A DNA stretch of 64,000 nt from Alphaproteobacteria bacterium. Its GTDB lineage: Bacteria; Patescibacteriota; Minisyncoccia; Phycocordibacterales; JABAAK01. The notes under the pieces are model-generated. The model did not search any database and was not told where the DNA came from. It saw only the letters and a program-made list of their open reading frames with translations. Shown here piece by piece: positions 9,771-19,723 of the stretch. The DNA lies in NCBI GenBank assembly GCA_030054135.1, contig JASGCN010000001.1, positions 104,663-168,662 of the forward strand. Reading direction: 5' to 3'. Positions within the stretch are counted from its first letter, which is position 1. Each line of letters begins with the position of its first letter. The position numbers were made by a program, and so were the translations under genes.

Positions 9771-10712
9771 ATGATAAAAAAAATTTCTCAAAAACCATTA
9801 CACGGTGAGGAGACAAAAGCGGTGGCACTTCTTTTTGTGCACATTGGTATTTTGGTAACGCTCATTATGACTATCATTGGTTTTTTTCTTGTAACATTTG
9901 GTGCAATTCGTTATTATGTTCCTGACACACTTGATTCAGTATGGGATACGGAACGAATTTCTTCATCAGTTGGGTTTGGAGTTGCAATGCTCATTACTGC
10001 TTTTAGCATTTTATTTTATTTAACACGAAAGGTAAATATATCTGATCCATTAACATGGGGGGTATGGATTGCAAGAATACGACAAGCAATTATTGCCTGT
10101 GCTGTAACTTTTTCTGTGATCGCAATTGGTGTTGTGGCTATTCAAACTATTGGGAGTTTTCTTTCAGGAGATCTTTCATTGCGATTTATACTACGAAGCA
10201 TTGCAACAGTTACATTAGCAGGGGCGGTATTTTATTATTATCGTCTTGCATGGGGACATTATTGGCATACTCACAGAGAAACATCTCTTCGTATTGGAAT
10301 TGTTTTTTCTTGTATAGTACTTGTCCTTGTTATTGTTGGTATAAAGGTCGTTAATCCAGTACAAGTGAGAAAATATAAAATTGATAATCAAATAGTAACT
10401 AATTTTGAAACAATTAGATCAAAAGTTCTTGAATATTATCACGTGCATGCAAATACTCCAGAAGAAGTACACACTATTATTCGGGGTCTTCCTTCTAATG
10501 TATCTTACAGAAAAGTATCTCAATCAACATATACAGTATGTGGCATATTCGCTTTACCTAGCCAATCAGTAGTAAATAAATCTCAATTTGTTTCAACCGA
10601 ATCTTTCTATCATTCAACCGCTGGAGAGCAATGTTATGTTATTTCGATTGTACAAAAGAATGGAGAATACCCACGTGATGGGGTAGCTCCAGTAGTAAAA
10701 CAGTCGCGTTAG
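9771..10712 (+). CDS. hypothetical integral membrane protein
   Basis: 313 aa, ~6 predicted TM helices then soluble C-terminal domain. Confidence 0.5.
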   Translation: MIKKISQKPLHGEETKAVALLFVHIGILVTLIMTIIGFFLVTFGAIRYYVPDTLDSVWDTERISSSVGFGVAMLITAFSILFYLTRKVNISDPLTWGVWIARIRQAIIACAVTFSVIAIGVVAIQTIGSFLSGDLSLRFILRSIATVTLAGAVFYYYRLAWGHYWHTHRETSLRIGIVFSCIVLVLVIVGIKVVNPVQVRKYKIDNQIVTNFETIRSKVLEYYHVHANTPEEVHTIIRGLPSNVSYRKVSQSTYTVCGIFALPSQSVVNKSQFVSTESFYHSTAGEQCYVISIVQKNGEYPRDGVAPVVKQSR

Positions 10713-10747
10713 TTTACTTGTGACTTACTTGTTGATAAGATAGTATC

Positions 10748-12349
10748 ATGTTGTTTTCTGTCACTGATATAGCAAAAAGTTTTGGGCCCCATGATGTTTT
10801 TTCAAATCTTTCTTTTAGAGTAGACGAAGGGCAAAAAATTGCACTCGTTGGTGAAAATGGTGTTGGAAAGAGTACTCTTTTGAAGTGTATTGCAGGAATA
10901 GAAGAGGTCGATGCAGGTACAATTGATATTGCAGATGGCAGACGGATTGCATACCTTCCTCAAGAAATATCCATAGAAGATTCACGCACGACAAAAGAAT
11001 ATGTACAAAGCTCTGCACAAGGACAATTTGAAGAACACAAGGTATTTGCTCTTATGGATGGGTTTGGACTTTCTCAACATGTATGGGTGACCCCACTTCA
11101 GAAATTATCTGGTGGACAAAAATCAAAAGTATTATTTTTAAGATTTTTACTTGAAGATGCTGATGTGTATTTGTTAGATGAACCAACAAATAATCTAGAT
11201 ATGAAAGCGCTTCTGTGGCTTGAAGCGTATCTATCACAAACAAAAAAATCTATGCTTATTATTTCTCACGATGTGTATTTTTTGAAGCGAGTTGCGAATC
11301 GAGTGATTGAATTAACAGGAGAAGATGGCATTTCTTCTTCTCGGGGGAGTTATGCTGATTATTTAGAACGGAAAGATAAACATTTTTTACAACAAATGCA
11401 AGCGTATAAAGAATACAGAAAAAAAATGACTCAATTAGAAAAAACAAGTCGTAGCATACAAGATAAACAAAAAGATATAGACACGCATGAGACATCTGAC
11501 TCAGATAAATATACTTCTGGATTTCAAAAAGATCGTGCAACATCTGGCATGTCACAGTCTCAAGTGTTAAAAAAGAAAATGGAACAAATTGAAATAGTAG
11601 AAAAACCATTTGAAGAAGATGTTTATGAAATAGAAATACAGTCAAAATATTTAGAAACTGATTTATCAATTCGATTAAAAGATGTAGTCGCAGGGTATAA
11701 GCACGCTCATAACAAAAGAGGATCCCTTGCTATTGGCCCATTTTCAACAACATTAACTCCAGGAAAACGAATATGTATTATGGGAGGAAATGGAGAAGGG
11801 AAAACAACACTTATCAAGACAATACTCGGTGATCTTAATCCACTTGAAGGAACAATTGATATAAGTGAAAACATTATTTTCGGGGATCTTCTTCAACAGC
11901 AAGAACGTGCAGAAAGAAGTAAAACAGTAATTGAATTTATGATGTCAGAAACACATTGCAATGAAGAACGAGCTAGGCATATTCTTAAAAAATATCATCT
12001 CCCAGAAAATATTTTTTATGCAAAAATAGAAGGGTTGTCTTCTGGGACACGAGCGAGGCTTCTCATTGCGTGTTTTGCAGTATTGGGTGTAAATACTCTT
12101 GTGCTTGATGAACCAACCAACCATCTCGACATAGAAGGTGTTCGTGCAATTGTACAAATGTTAGATTCTTATAAAGGAATAGTAATAATAATCTCACACA
12201 ACAGGTGGTTTCTTGAACAAGTACGAATAGACGAATATTTTTCTCTTAAAGACGGTACTCTTGAAAGAATAGCAGATATTGAAAAATATATTACAGATGC
12301 AAAAGCAGAATCTGCTAAAATGGTGAAAAAAATAGCAAGATTAGTTTAG
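10748..12349 (+). CDS. ABC-F family ATPase (two ABC cassettes, no TM domain), copy 1
   Basis: Two Walker A (GENGVGKST, GGNGEGKTT), two LSGGQ signatures and two Walker B (LLDEPTNNLD, VLDEPTNHLD) with a charged inter-domain linker; 533 aa. Confidence 0.9.
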   Translation: MLFSVTDIAKSFGPHDVFSNLSFRVDEGQKIALVGENGVGKSTLLKCIAGIEEVDAGTIDIADGRRIAYLPQEISIEDSRTTKEYVQSSAQGQFEEHKVFALMDGFGLSQHVWVTPLQKLSGGQKSKVLFLRFLLEDADVYLLDEPTNNLDMKALLWLEAYLSQTKKSMLIISHDVYFLKRVANRVIELTGEDGISSSRGSYADYLERKDKHFLQQMQAYKEYRKKMTQLEKTSRSIQDKQKDIDTHETSDSDKYTSGFQKDRATSGMSQSQVLKKKMEQIEIVEKPFEEDVYEIEIQSKYLETDLSIRLKDVVAGYKHAHNKRGSLAIGPFSTTLTPGKRICIMGGNGEGKTTLIKTILGDLNPLEGTIDISENIIFGDLLQQQERAERSKTVIEFMMSETHCNEERARHILKKYHLPENIFYAKIEGLSSGTRARLLIACFAVLGVNTLVLDEPTNHLDIEGVRAIVQMLDSYKGIVIIISHNRWFLEQVRIDEYFSLKDGTLERIADIEKYITDAKAESAKMVKKIARLV

Positions 12350-12397
12350 TATTTTTTTATAGTTTACTTGTGATTTATTTGTTGATAAGATAGTATC

Positions 12398-13999
12398 ATG
12401 TTGTTTTCTGTCACCGATATGGCAAAAAGTTTTGGACCACGTGAGGTATTAGCCAAGATATCTTTTAAGGTGGACGAAGGGCATAAAATAGCTGTAGTTG
12501 GAGAAAACGGTGTCGGTAAAAGCACTTTGCTTAAATGCATTATAGGAATTGAAGATATAGACAATGGAGAGATAATTATTGCAGACGGAAAGAAAATTGC
12601 ATATTTACCACAAGAAATTCCACTTGAAGATAACAGAACTGTTGAAGAGTACATACAAGATTCAAAGCACGGACTATTTGAAAAACATAAAATTTTTCCA
12701 TTTATGGATGGGTTTGGTCTTTTTGAAGAAATATATACAGTAAATCTCCAAAAACTCTCCGGAGGACAAAAATCAAAAGTACTTTTTATCAAATTTTTAC
12801 TTGAAAATGCAGATGTGTATTTGCTTGATGAGCCGACCAACAACTTAGACATGAAGTCACTCCTTTGGATTGAGGAATATTTAGCCCAAGAGAAAAAATC
12901 AATGCTTATAATTTCTCATGATTTATATTTTCTAAAAAAAGTTGCAAATCGTGTACTTGAAATAAATGGATTAGAAGGTGCAGAATTTTCTAGAGGGTCA
13001 TACGCCGATTATCTTGAAAGAAAAGAAAAAAAGTATTTAGAAGAACTCCAAGCATACAAAGACTATCAAAAAAAGTTTACACAACTTAAAAAATTAAGAA
13101 GAATCGTGCAAAATAGGCAACAAATGATAGACAATATTGATGGAGAGACTTGTGAGATAAAGTCAGCTGATCTGATAAGGGAAGCCATTAGCAGGGAAAT
13201 GCATATTTCACGGGTGTTAAAAAAAAGAATGGAAATGCTAGAAGTTGCTGAAAAACCATTCGAAGAAGAACTATATGTTATCGAGATTCATCCAAAAAAT
13301 TTAGAAAAAAATCCATCAATTAGTTTAAAAGATGTAGTTGCAGGATATAAAGTATCACACAACAAAAAAGGAACTCTAAGAATCGGTCCGTTTTCTGCAA
13401 ACCTTACACCAGGAAAACGAATATGTATTATGGGAGGAAATGGAGAAGGGAAAACAACACTTGTAAAAACAATTTTAGGAGTGCTCTCTCCATTGGACGG
13501 AGAGCTGAAGGTAAGTGAAAATATTGTTTTTGGAGATTTACTTCAACAACAAGAACGTGCGGAGAGAAGCAAAACTGTTATTGAATTTGTTACATCTCAA
13601 ACTGATTTAAACAAAGAAAGAGTTCATCATATGATAAAAAAATATCATTTACCTGAAGGTGTTTTTAATGCAAAAATAGAGGGGCTATCTTCCGGTACTC
13701 GTGCGAGATTACTCCTTGCATGTTTTGCTTCAATTGGCGTAAACACTTTAATTCTTGATGAACCAACTAACAACTTAGACATATCAGGTGTTCGTGCAAT
13801 TGTACAAATGTTAGATTCTTATAAAGGAATAGTAATAATAATCTCACACAACAGGTGGTTTCTTGAACAAGTACGAATAGACGAATATTTTTCTCTAGAG
13901 GAAGGAACACTTACTCGAATTGAGGACATTCAACAGTATATTACTTCTGCTCAAATAGAAACAGAAAAAATGATAAAACGAATCTCGCGTCTTGTGTAA
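12398..13999 (+). CDS. ABC-F family ATPase, copy 2 (paralog of 10748..12349)
   Basis: Same architecture and length (533 aa); paralog with mosaic identical nucleotide tracts. Confidence 0.9.
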   Translation: MLFSVTDMAKSFGPREVLAKISFKVDEGHKIAVVGENGVGKSTLLKCIIGIEDIDNGEIIIADGKKIAYLPQEIPLEDNRTVEEYIQDSKHGLFEKHKIFPFMDGFGLFEEIYTVNLQKLSGGQKSKVLFIKFLLENADVYLLDEPTNNLDMKSLLWIEEYLAQEKKSMLIISHDLYFLKKVANRVLEINGLEGAEFSRGSYADYLERKEKKYLEELQAYKDYQKKFTQLKKLRRIVQNRQQMIDNIDGETCEIKSADLIREAISREMHISRVLKKRMEMLEVAEKPFEEELYVIEIHPKNLEKNPSISLKDVVAGYKVSHNKKGTLRIGPFSANLTPGKRICIMGGNGEGKTTLVKTILGVLSPLDGELKVSENIVFGDLLQQQERAERSKTVIEFVTSQTDLNKERVHHMIKKYHLPEGVFNAKIEGLSSGTRARLLLACFASIGVNTLILDEPTNNLDISGVRAIVQMLDSYKGIVIIISHNRWFLEQVRIDEYFSLEEGTLTRIEDIQQYITSAQIETEKMIKRISRLV

Positions 14000-14032
14000 T
14001 TGTTCAGTGATGCTACGCTATACTGATAGTAT

Positions 14033-16966
14033 ATGCAATATAATGCGCGTGAAGGGGACGCCCCAGTGTTTGACACTATTAAAGATGAGATGACTTTCAT
14101 ACGTCAAGAAATTGACAAAGAATTGAAAGATCAGGTTCTCTCTTCACCAGAGAATGCTTCTTCATTGGGAAGTGGTGGAAGTGCATCGCGTACTAAAGAA
14201 CGAGAAGCAATAAAAGAAGCTTTGCATATATTATTTGAAAAAAAGCAAATATCATTCGCTTTAAAAAAACCTGATGGTGAATTTGTGGAGAATATATCTT
14301 CATTATCCACACACATGGAAAGTAAAGTAAATAAATATGTATCTCAAGCACTCACTGATGGAATTGTAAAAACAGTATATGAAGTACAAAAAAAGGAACC
14401 AAATTTTCCATTTGATATTTTTCATGATGTACTTGCTGAAAAAATTTTTGCAGAGCAAATTAAAAAGAAAAAAAAATCTTTTTTTTCTACTATTTCCACT
14501 GAGGGCATAGGGGTGGTAGTAGGAAGTGTCGCAGTGCTTGTAGGGGTTGGATTTCTTTTTCGATCGAACCCATTTATTCTTGCAATAAGTATAGGAGTAT
14601 CTGTGTTTGTATTTGTAGTGTGGTATGAATATCTTCAGAATCAAAAAAAGACACGAGATGCAATTGACTATCGATTACTTCGCGTTGTAGTGAAACGTGC
14701 AGATGAAGGGCAGGGGGGCACTGATAAAATAAAATTATTTGAACAATTGATTGATGATTTAGTAATTCTTGATTCAGAACACATCACATTTGAAGTGGCA
14801 GTCGCCAACTCAAACAATGATATTGTATTTTATTGTATTGTTCCAACGCATTATATTAAACCAACGCGGGATACGATTCATCGTATTTTTACTACAGCAC
14901 AAGTAATAGAAGTTCCTGATTACACGCCGTTTCGTGAAGGAAACAATGATATGGGGGCAGCGTTAATACAGAAAAAACACTTTGCTCTTCCGTTGCGTAC
15001 ATATACCGACACCAATCAAGACATATTTTCTTCTGTGCTTAACGTATTTGCTCGTGCACAACAAGATAATGTTGGGTTAGCACTGCAAATGTGTATTCGT
15101 CCAGCTCGTCAAAGACAGAAAGAAATGTTGGAAATTATAAAAAGCATGGAACACAAAACTCCATTTAAAGTGGCAGCCTCCTTGTCATTTGGAGATTATG
15201 TGTATGCGTATTATTACTGGACAACAGAGTTATTGTTTGGAGGCAAGAAAGAACTTTCATCAACAGATGCGGAGTATTTTGAAAAAATAAAAAAGAAAAA
15301 AGATAAGCACTTGTATGATATTAACATGCGGTTAGTAATTTCAACCGAAGACCCGCTACTGACACAAAGAATATTTGAAAACATATACGGAGAGTATAAA
15401 CAATTCAGTATTCCCGGATACAATTCTTTTGTATTAGAGAAAAGAAAAACAAAACCATTTTTCTTTAAATATATCTTCCGTCTTTTTGATGAGAATGAAC
15501 TTCTGACACTTAACACAGAAGAAATCGCAAGTGTATTTCACTTACCGAACGTGGAGATTCAAATGCAAGATATTAAACATTTAAAAAGTAGAAAATTATC
15601 TGCTCCATCTGATTTACCAATTACCGGTTTGCTTATGGGGGATAACGAATTTAATGGTGTATCAAAAGAAGTTCGGATAGAGCCACCAGAACGATTGCGT
15701 CATTTATATATCATTGGGCAAACTGGTACAGGTAAGACTGCATTTATGAATAGTGCGGTGATGCAAGATATTCAAGAAGGGAGAGGTGTATGTGTACTTG
15801 AACCAAACGGAGACTTTATAGAAAAAATTATGAGCACAATTCCAGAACATCGACTGGATGATGTTATAGTATTTGATCCTAGCAATGTGGCTATGCCGAT
15901 GGGTCTTAATATGCTTGAGTATGATAGAAGCAGACCTGAGCAAAGAACCTTTATTGTAAATGAAATGATTTCAATTTTTAGAACTCTTTTCTCAGCAGAG
16001 ACAATGGGGCCATTCTTTGATCAGTATATGCGAAATGCACTTCTTCTTTTAATGGAAGGAAGTGTCGATGAATATGGCACACTGGTAGAAGTTCCATCAG
16101 TACTTATTAATGCAGATTATAGAAAAAAACTTCTTGCAAATTGTAAAAATGACACAGTGCGTCGTTTTTGGATTGAAGAAGCTGAAAAAGTAAAGGGAGA
16201 TTTGTCTCTCGAAGAAACCGCTCCATACATTACTTCAAAAATAAACGGATTTATTGCAAACGATTATATTTTCCCAATCATAGGGCAATCTCGTTCGTCT
16301 ATAAATTTTAGAGATATTATGGACAACAAAAAAATCTTATTAGGAAAGCTCTCCAAAGGACGCATCGGAGAAATTAACGCAAACTTAATAGGTATGATGA
16401 TAACAGGGAAACTAACACTTGCTGCATTTTCTCGTGATGATATTCCAGAAAATGATCGGGTACCATTTTATTTCTACATTGACGAATTTCAAAACTTCAC
16501 TACCAAATCAATTGGAACTATTCTTTCTGAAGCTCGTAAGTACCGTTTGAGTTTAACTGTTGCGCACCAATATATGAAACAATTGCCTGAGGATATTCTC
16601 GCAGCAGTACTCGGAAACGTTGGTTCATTTGTTTCATTCCGTATAGGTATTGAAGATGCAGATATTATCAAAAAACAATTTGGTTCAGAGGTGGACAGTC
16701 AAGACCTTACCGAACTTGAAAATCTTAATGGGTTCGTTCGATATTTAGTTCGCAATGCTCCAACAAAGCCATTTTCAATGAAAATTCGATTTGCTCCAGA
16801 TGGAATAAAAGAAGTACGGGATATTGTCGTAAAGTATTCTTCTCTTAAATATGCTCGGCCCCTTGAGGAAGTGCTTGTTGAAATAAAAGAGCGTTTGAAT
16901 CCTTCAACAAAAGAATCTTCAAAAGAAAATACAGACATTCCTGATATTTCTAAATTTTTCGAGTAA
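14033..16966 (+). CDS. VirD4/TraD/TrwB-like (type IV coupling protein-like) membrane ATPase with large unknown N-terminal region
   Basis: 977 aa; coiled-coil N-terminus, two TM helices (aa ~160-200), Walker A IIGQTGTGKTAF, Walker B FYFYIDEFQNF, EARKYRLSLTVAHQ motif characteristic of T4CP/TraG-D family. Confidence 0.6.
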   Translation: MQYNAREGDAPVFDTIKDEMTFIRQEIDKELKDQVLSSPENASSLGSGGSASRTKEREAIKEALHILFEKKQISFALKKPDGEFVENISSLSTHMESKVNKYVSQALTDGIVKTVYEVQKKEPNFPFDIFHDVLAEKIFAEQIKKKKKSFFSTISTEGIGVVVGSVAVLVGVGFLFRSNPFILAISIGVSVFVFVVWYEYLQNQKKTRDAIDYRLLRVVVKRADEGQGGTDKIKLFEQLIDDLVILDSEHITFEVAVANSNNDIVFYCIVPTHYIKPTRDTIHRIFTTAQVIEVPDYTPFREGNNDMGAALIQKKHFALPLRTYTDTNQDIFSSVLNVFARAQQDNVGLALQMCIRPARQRQKEMLEIIKSMEHKTPFKVAASLSFGDYVYAYYYWTTELLFGGKKELSSTDAEYFEKIKKKKDKHLYDINMRLVISTEDPLLTQRIFENIYGEYKQFSIPGYNSFVLEKRKTKPFFFKYIFRLFDENELLTLNTEEIASVFHLPNVEIQMQDIKHLKSRKLSAPSDLPITGLLMGDNEFNGVSKEVRIEPPERLRHLYIIGQTGTGKTAFMNSAVMQDIQEGRGVCVLEPNGDFIEKIMSTIPEHRLDDVIVFDPSNVAMPMGLNMLEYDRSRPEQRTFIVNEMISIFRTLFSAETMGPFFDQYMRNALLLLMEGSVDEYGTLVEVPSVLINADYRKKLLANCKNDTVRRFWIEEAEKVKGDLSLEETAPYITSKINGFIANDYIFPIIGQSRSSINFRDIMDNKKILLGKLSKGRIGEINANLIGMMITGKLTLAAFSRDDIPENDRVPFYFYIDEFQNFTTKSIGTILSEARKYRLSLTVAHQYMKQLPEDILAAVLGNVGSFVSFRIGIEDADIIKKQFGSEVDSQDLTELENLNGFVRYLVRNAPTKPFSMKIRFAPDGIKEVRDIVVKYSSLKYARPLEEVLVEIKERLNPSTKESSKENTDIPDISKFFE

Positions 16967-17115
16967 CCACCACTATGATGGTTTTTTGCAATCCTTGCAT
17001 TTCTTCTATTTTTTTGTTATAAATTAAGATATCTAGTCAATCAGTGTATTGTTGTTTAGTGTAAAATAATTTACTCTATACAAGAAAATATTTGATATTG
17101 CTAGATACAATAATT

Positions 17116-17388
17116 ATGGGAGCAAGAACATCTGTTACAGCACGAAATAAAAAGCGAATATTGCTCGTGGCGCGCTACGCTGAAAAAAGAAAAAAACTTA
17201 AAGAAGCGGGAGACTGGGAAGGCCTACAAAAATTACCTCGTAACTCATCTCCAGTGCGTGTGAGAAATAGATGCTCAATTACAGGACGCCCTCGTGGGTA
17301 TCTTCGTAAGTTTGGTGTGTCTCGTATCGTCGCTCGTGAACAGATACTTCTAGGTCATGTTCCTGGGTTTAAAAAATCATCATGGTAA
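17116..17388 (+). CDS. rpsN: 30S ribosomal protein S14 (long form)
   Basis: [32 protein letters not shown]...W C-terminus; start taken at internal ATG (MGARTS). Confidence 0.9.
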   Translation: MGARTSVTARNKKRILLVARYAEKRKKLKEAGDWEGLQKLPRNSSPVRVRNRCSITGRPRGYLRKFGVSRIVAREQILLGHVPGFKKSSW

Positions 17389-17777
17389 CAGATACTATTT
17401 CAGATCTCGTGGTGCGCATCAAAAATGCTGGGTGTGTGAGCCATCCGTGTGTAGAGGTTCCTTATTCTAAATTAAAACATGCAGTGGTACGAACTTTACA
17501 ATTAACAAAATTTATTCAAAGCTTTGATATTGTAGGGGAAGGATCAAAAAAACGTATTATGATTACTCTTGCATATGATGAACACGGCACACATAAAGTG
17601 CACGATGTACACCGTTTGTCAAAACCTGGGAAACGAGTGTATGCCCACGCAAAAGATTTTAAACCTTTTAAAAATGGAAAAGGAAAAGTTATCGTTTCAA
17701 CTCCAAAAGGAATTATGACCGGAGAAGAGGCAAAAAAAGAAATGGTTGGTGGGGAAGTTCTTTTTACAATTTGGTAA
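17382..17777 (+). CDS. rpsH: 30S ribosomal protein S8
   Basis: [17 protein letters not shown]-terminus; 131 aa; position after S14. Confidence 0.9.
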   Translation: MVTDTISDLVVRIKNAGCVSHPCVEVPYSKLKHAVVRTLQLTKFIQSFDIVGEGSKKRIMITLAYDEHGTHKVHDVHRLSKPGKRVYAHAKDFKPFKNGKGKVIVSTPKGIMTGEEAKKEMVGGEVLFTIW

Positions 17778-17778
17778 T

Positions 17779-18315
17779 ATGTCAAGACTTGCAAAGATAG
17801 CGCTTACAATTACTCCACCAGTTGAAGTAAAAGTTGATGGAAGAACCCTCACCATTAAAGGCCCGAAAGGAACTTTGATGCGAGAACTTCGCAATGAAAT
17901 AGATGCAGTGTATGCAAATGGCGCACTTTCATTTGTTAAAAAATCAAATACCAAACTGACAGAAAAATTATGGGGAACATACGCTTCTCATGCACGTAAT
18001 ATGTTAAAAGGAGTGACTGAAGGGTTCAAAACAGTTTTAATAATCGAAGGGGTTGGTTTTAAATCTGAATTAAAAGGAAATGTTATCCTGATGCGTCTTG
18101 GGTTTTCACATCCAGTGGAAGTGCCAGTACCAAAAGAAATAACCGCTAGTGTGAAAGATAATCACATAACATTAGAGAGTTATGATAAAGAATTATTAGG
18201 TAATTTTGCTGCAAAAATACGTGCTATTAAAAAACCAGAACCATACAAAGGAAAAGGCATTAGATATAGCACTGAAGTAATTCGTCGAAAACAAGGTAAA
18301 AAAGCAACTACATAA
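17779..18315 (+). CDS. rplF: 50S ribosomal protein L6
   Basis: MSRLAKIALTITPPVEVKVDGRTLTIKGPKGTL; start at ATG 17779 in frame with ORF-track ORF. Confidence 0.9.
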   Translation: MSRLAKIALTITPPVEVKVDGRTLTIKGPKGTLMRELRNEIDAVYANGALSFVKKSNTKLTEKLWGTYASHARNMLKGVTEGFKTVLIIEGVGFKSELKGNVILMRLGFSHPVEVPVPKEITASVKDNHITLESYDKELLGNFAAKIRAIKKPEPYKGKGIRYSTEVIRRKQGKKATT

Positions 18316-18320
18316 AACAT

Positions 18321-18671
18321 ATGACAACTCTTAAAACAAAAAAGCAACGCCGTATTCGAAGACATTTTAGAGTTCGTTCTAAAATCATAGGAACTGCTGA
18401 CTGTCCTAGACTTGCATTTTTCCGTTCAAACAAACAAGTATACGCACAAATCATAGATGATACTGCTCGAAAAACACTTCTTGGTCTTTCTTCAATGAAA
18501 ACTTCCACCAAAGGAAGAAAAACTAAAGCAGAAGAATTAGGGGTTGCAATTGCAAAAGAAGCAATCGCTAAAGGAATCAAAAAGGTATGTTTTGACAGAG
18601 GAGGATTTCTTTACACGGGAACAGTGAAGGCGTTCGCTGACAGCGCTCGCAAAGGTGGGCTGACATTTTAA
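18321..18671 (+). CDS. rplR: 50S ribosomal protein L18
   Basis: KKQRRIRRHFRVRSKI N-terminus, 116 aa. Confidence 0.9.
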   Translation: MTTLKTKKQRRIRRHFRVRSKIIGTADCPRLAFFRSNKQVYAQIIDDTARKTLLGLSSMKTSTKGRKTKAEELGVAIAKEAIAKGIKKVCFDRGGFLYTGTVKAFADSARKGGLTF

Positions 18672-18695
18672 ATACAATAGTGTATACATAACTAT

Positions 18696-19259
18696 ATGAC
18701 TGAACCAACAAACACACCAATAGAAAATAATTCTCCTACTAGTTCTACACAAGCACCTGCACAAGAAAAAGGTCGTTCACGAACAAAACACGCAGAGGCT
18801 CGAAGAAGATCACATCGTTCACAACCAAGACAGAGAAGCGAATTTGATAGAAAAGTATTATCAGCACGAAGAGTGACTCGTGTTGTTGCTGGAGGAAGAA
18901 GAATGTCTCTCGCAGTAGCCGTTGCGGTGGGTGATAAACAAGGACGCGTTGGCATTGGTACAGGGAAAGGACTTGATATGGCATCAGCAACAGAAAAAGC
19001 TCTTACACAAGCAAAAAAAAATATGATTCGAATTCCACTGACTAAAAATGGGAGTATCCCTCACGATGTTTCAGCAAAGTATTGTGCTTCATCCGTAATT
19101 CTTCGACCGAGTCAAAGTTTCGTAGCAGGAGGAGCAGTGCGAGTTGTAGCATCTCTTGCTGGTATCAAAGGAATTAATGCAAAAATTCTTTCTCGTAGCA
19201 AAAACGCAATTAATAATGCACAAGCAACAATTAAAGCTCTTCAAAAATTTACATCATAA
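18696..19259 (+). CDS. rpsE: 30S ribosomal protein S5
   Basis: RVTRVVAGGRRMSLAVAVAVGDKQGRVGIGTGKG core; N-terminal basic extension. Confidence 0.9.
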   Translation: MTEPTNTPIENNSPTSSTQAPAQEKGRSRTKHAEARRRSHRSQPRQRSEFDRKVLSARRVTRVVAGGRRMSLAVAVAVGDKQGRVGIGTGKGLDMASATEKALTQAKKNMIRIPLTKNGSIPHDVSAKYCASSVILRPSQSFVAGGAVRVVASLAGIKGINAKILSRSKNAINNAQATIKALQKFTS

Positions 19260-19265
19260 TTATTT

Positions 19266-19703
19266 ATGTATACTTTCACTTTTAAAAACAAAAAATCAAG
19301 ACGCTTTGGACGAGGAGGTTCTCGTGGTAAAACATCTGGTCGAGGAGGAAAAGGACAAACTGCGCGTGCGGGGCATTCAGTGAAACCAGCGATTAGAGAT
19401 TTTATTCAAAGTTTACCAAAATTAAGAGGGCACGGAAAAAATAGAGCTCTTTCAGTGGATGCTGCTATTCTTGCTCCTCAAGCGATTGCGCTTACAAAAC
19501 TTGAAGCTCATTTTAATTCAGGTGATAAAGTAACTCCTGCAATTCTTTCAAGAAAACATTTAATTAAAAAACAAAAGGGCAAAATACGCATGCCAAAAAT
19601 AGTAGGAACTGGTACACTTACCAAAAAACTTACTGTTCGTGGTTGTTTTTACACAGAAAATGTTAAAAAAATAATAGAAAAATTAGGTGGAACGATTCGT
19701 TAG
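19266..19703 (+). CDS. rplO: 50S ribosomal protein L15 (directly after S5; no L30 gene)
   Basis: SRRFGRGGSRGKTSGRGGKGQ glycine/arginine N-terminus. Confidence 0.9.
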   Translation: MYTFTFKNKKSRRFGRGGSRGKTSGRGGKGQTARAGHSVKPAIRDFIQSLPKLRGHGKNRALSVDAAILAPQAIALTKLEAHFNSGDKVTPAILSRKHLIKKQKGKIRMPKIVGTGTLTKKLTVRGCFYTENVKKIIEKLGGTIR

Positions 19704-19723
19704 TATGTGTTATATTAGACGCT

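Larger units (their letters stand above)
10711..14010 (+). repeat. tandem duplication (2 x 1650 bp), each unit carrying an ABC-F gene plus its 37-bp upstream region
   Basis: Unit starts agtttacttgtga(c/t)tta(c/t)ttgttgataagatagtatcATG at 10711 and 12361. Tracts of 100% nucleotide identity between copies: ~54 nt at 11759/13410 and ~110 nt at 12138/13789. The remainder is diverged. Confidence 0.85.

Noticed and set aside
12364-12852. 162-aa minus-strand ORF overlapping the start of ABC-F copy 2
   Set aside because: Antisense to a strongly supported ABC-F gene. Ser/Ile/Pro low-complexity translation. No equivalent ORF opposite copy 1 despite the duplication.
16967-17010. Possible intrinsic terminator after the T4CP-like gene (accac...gatggtttttt)
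   Set aside because: Stem is only ~4-5 bp with mismatches, too weak to report as a feature, though a T5 tract is present.
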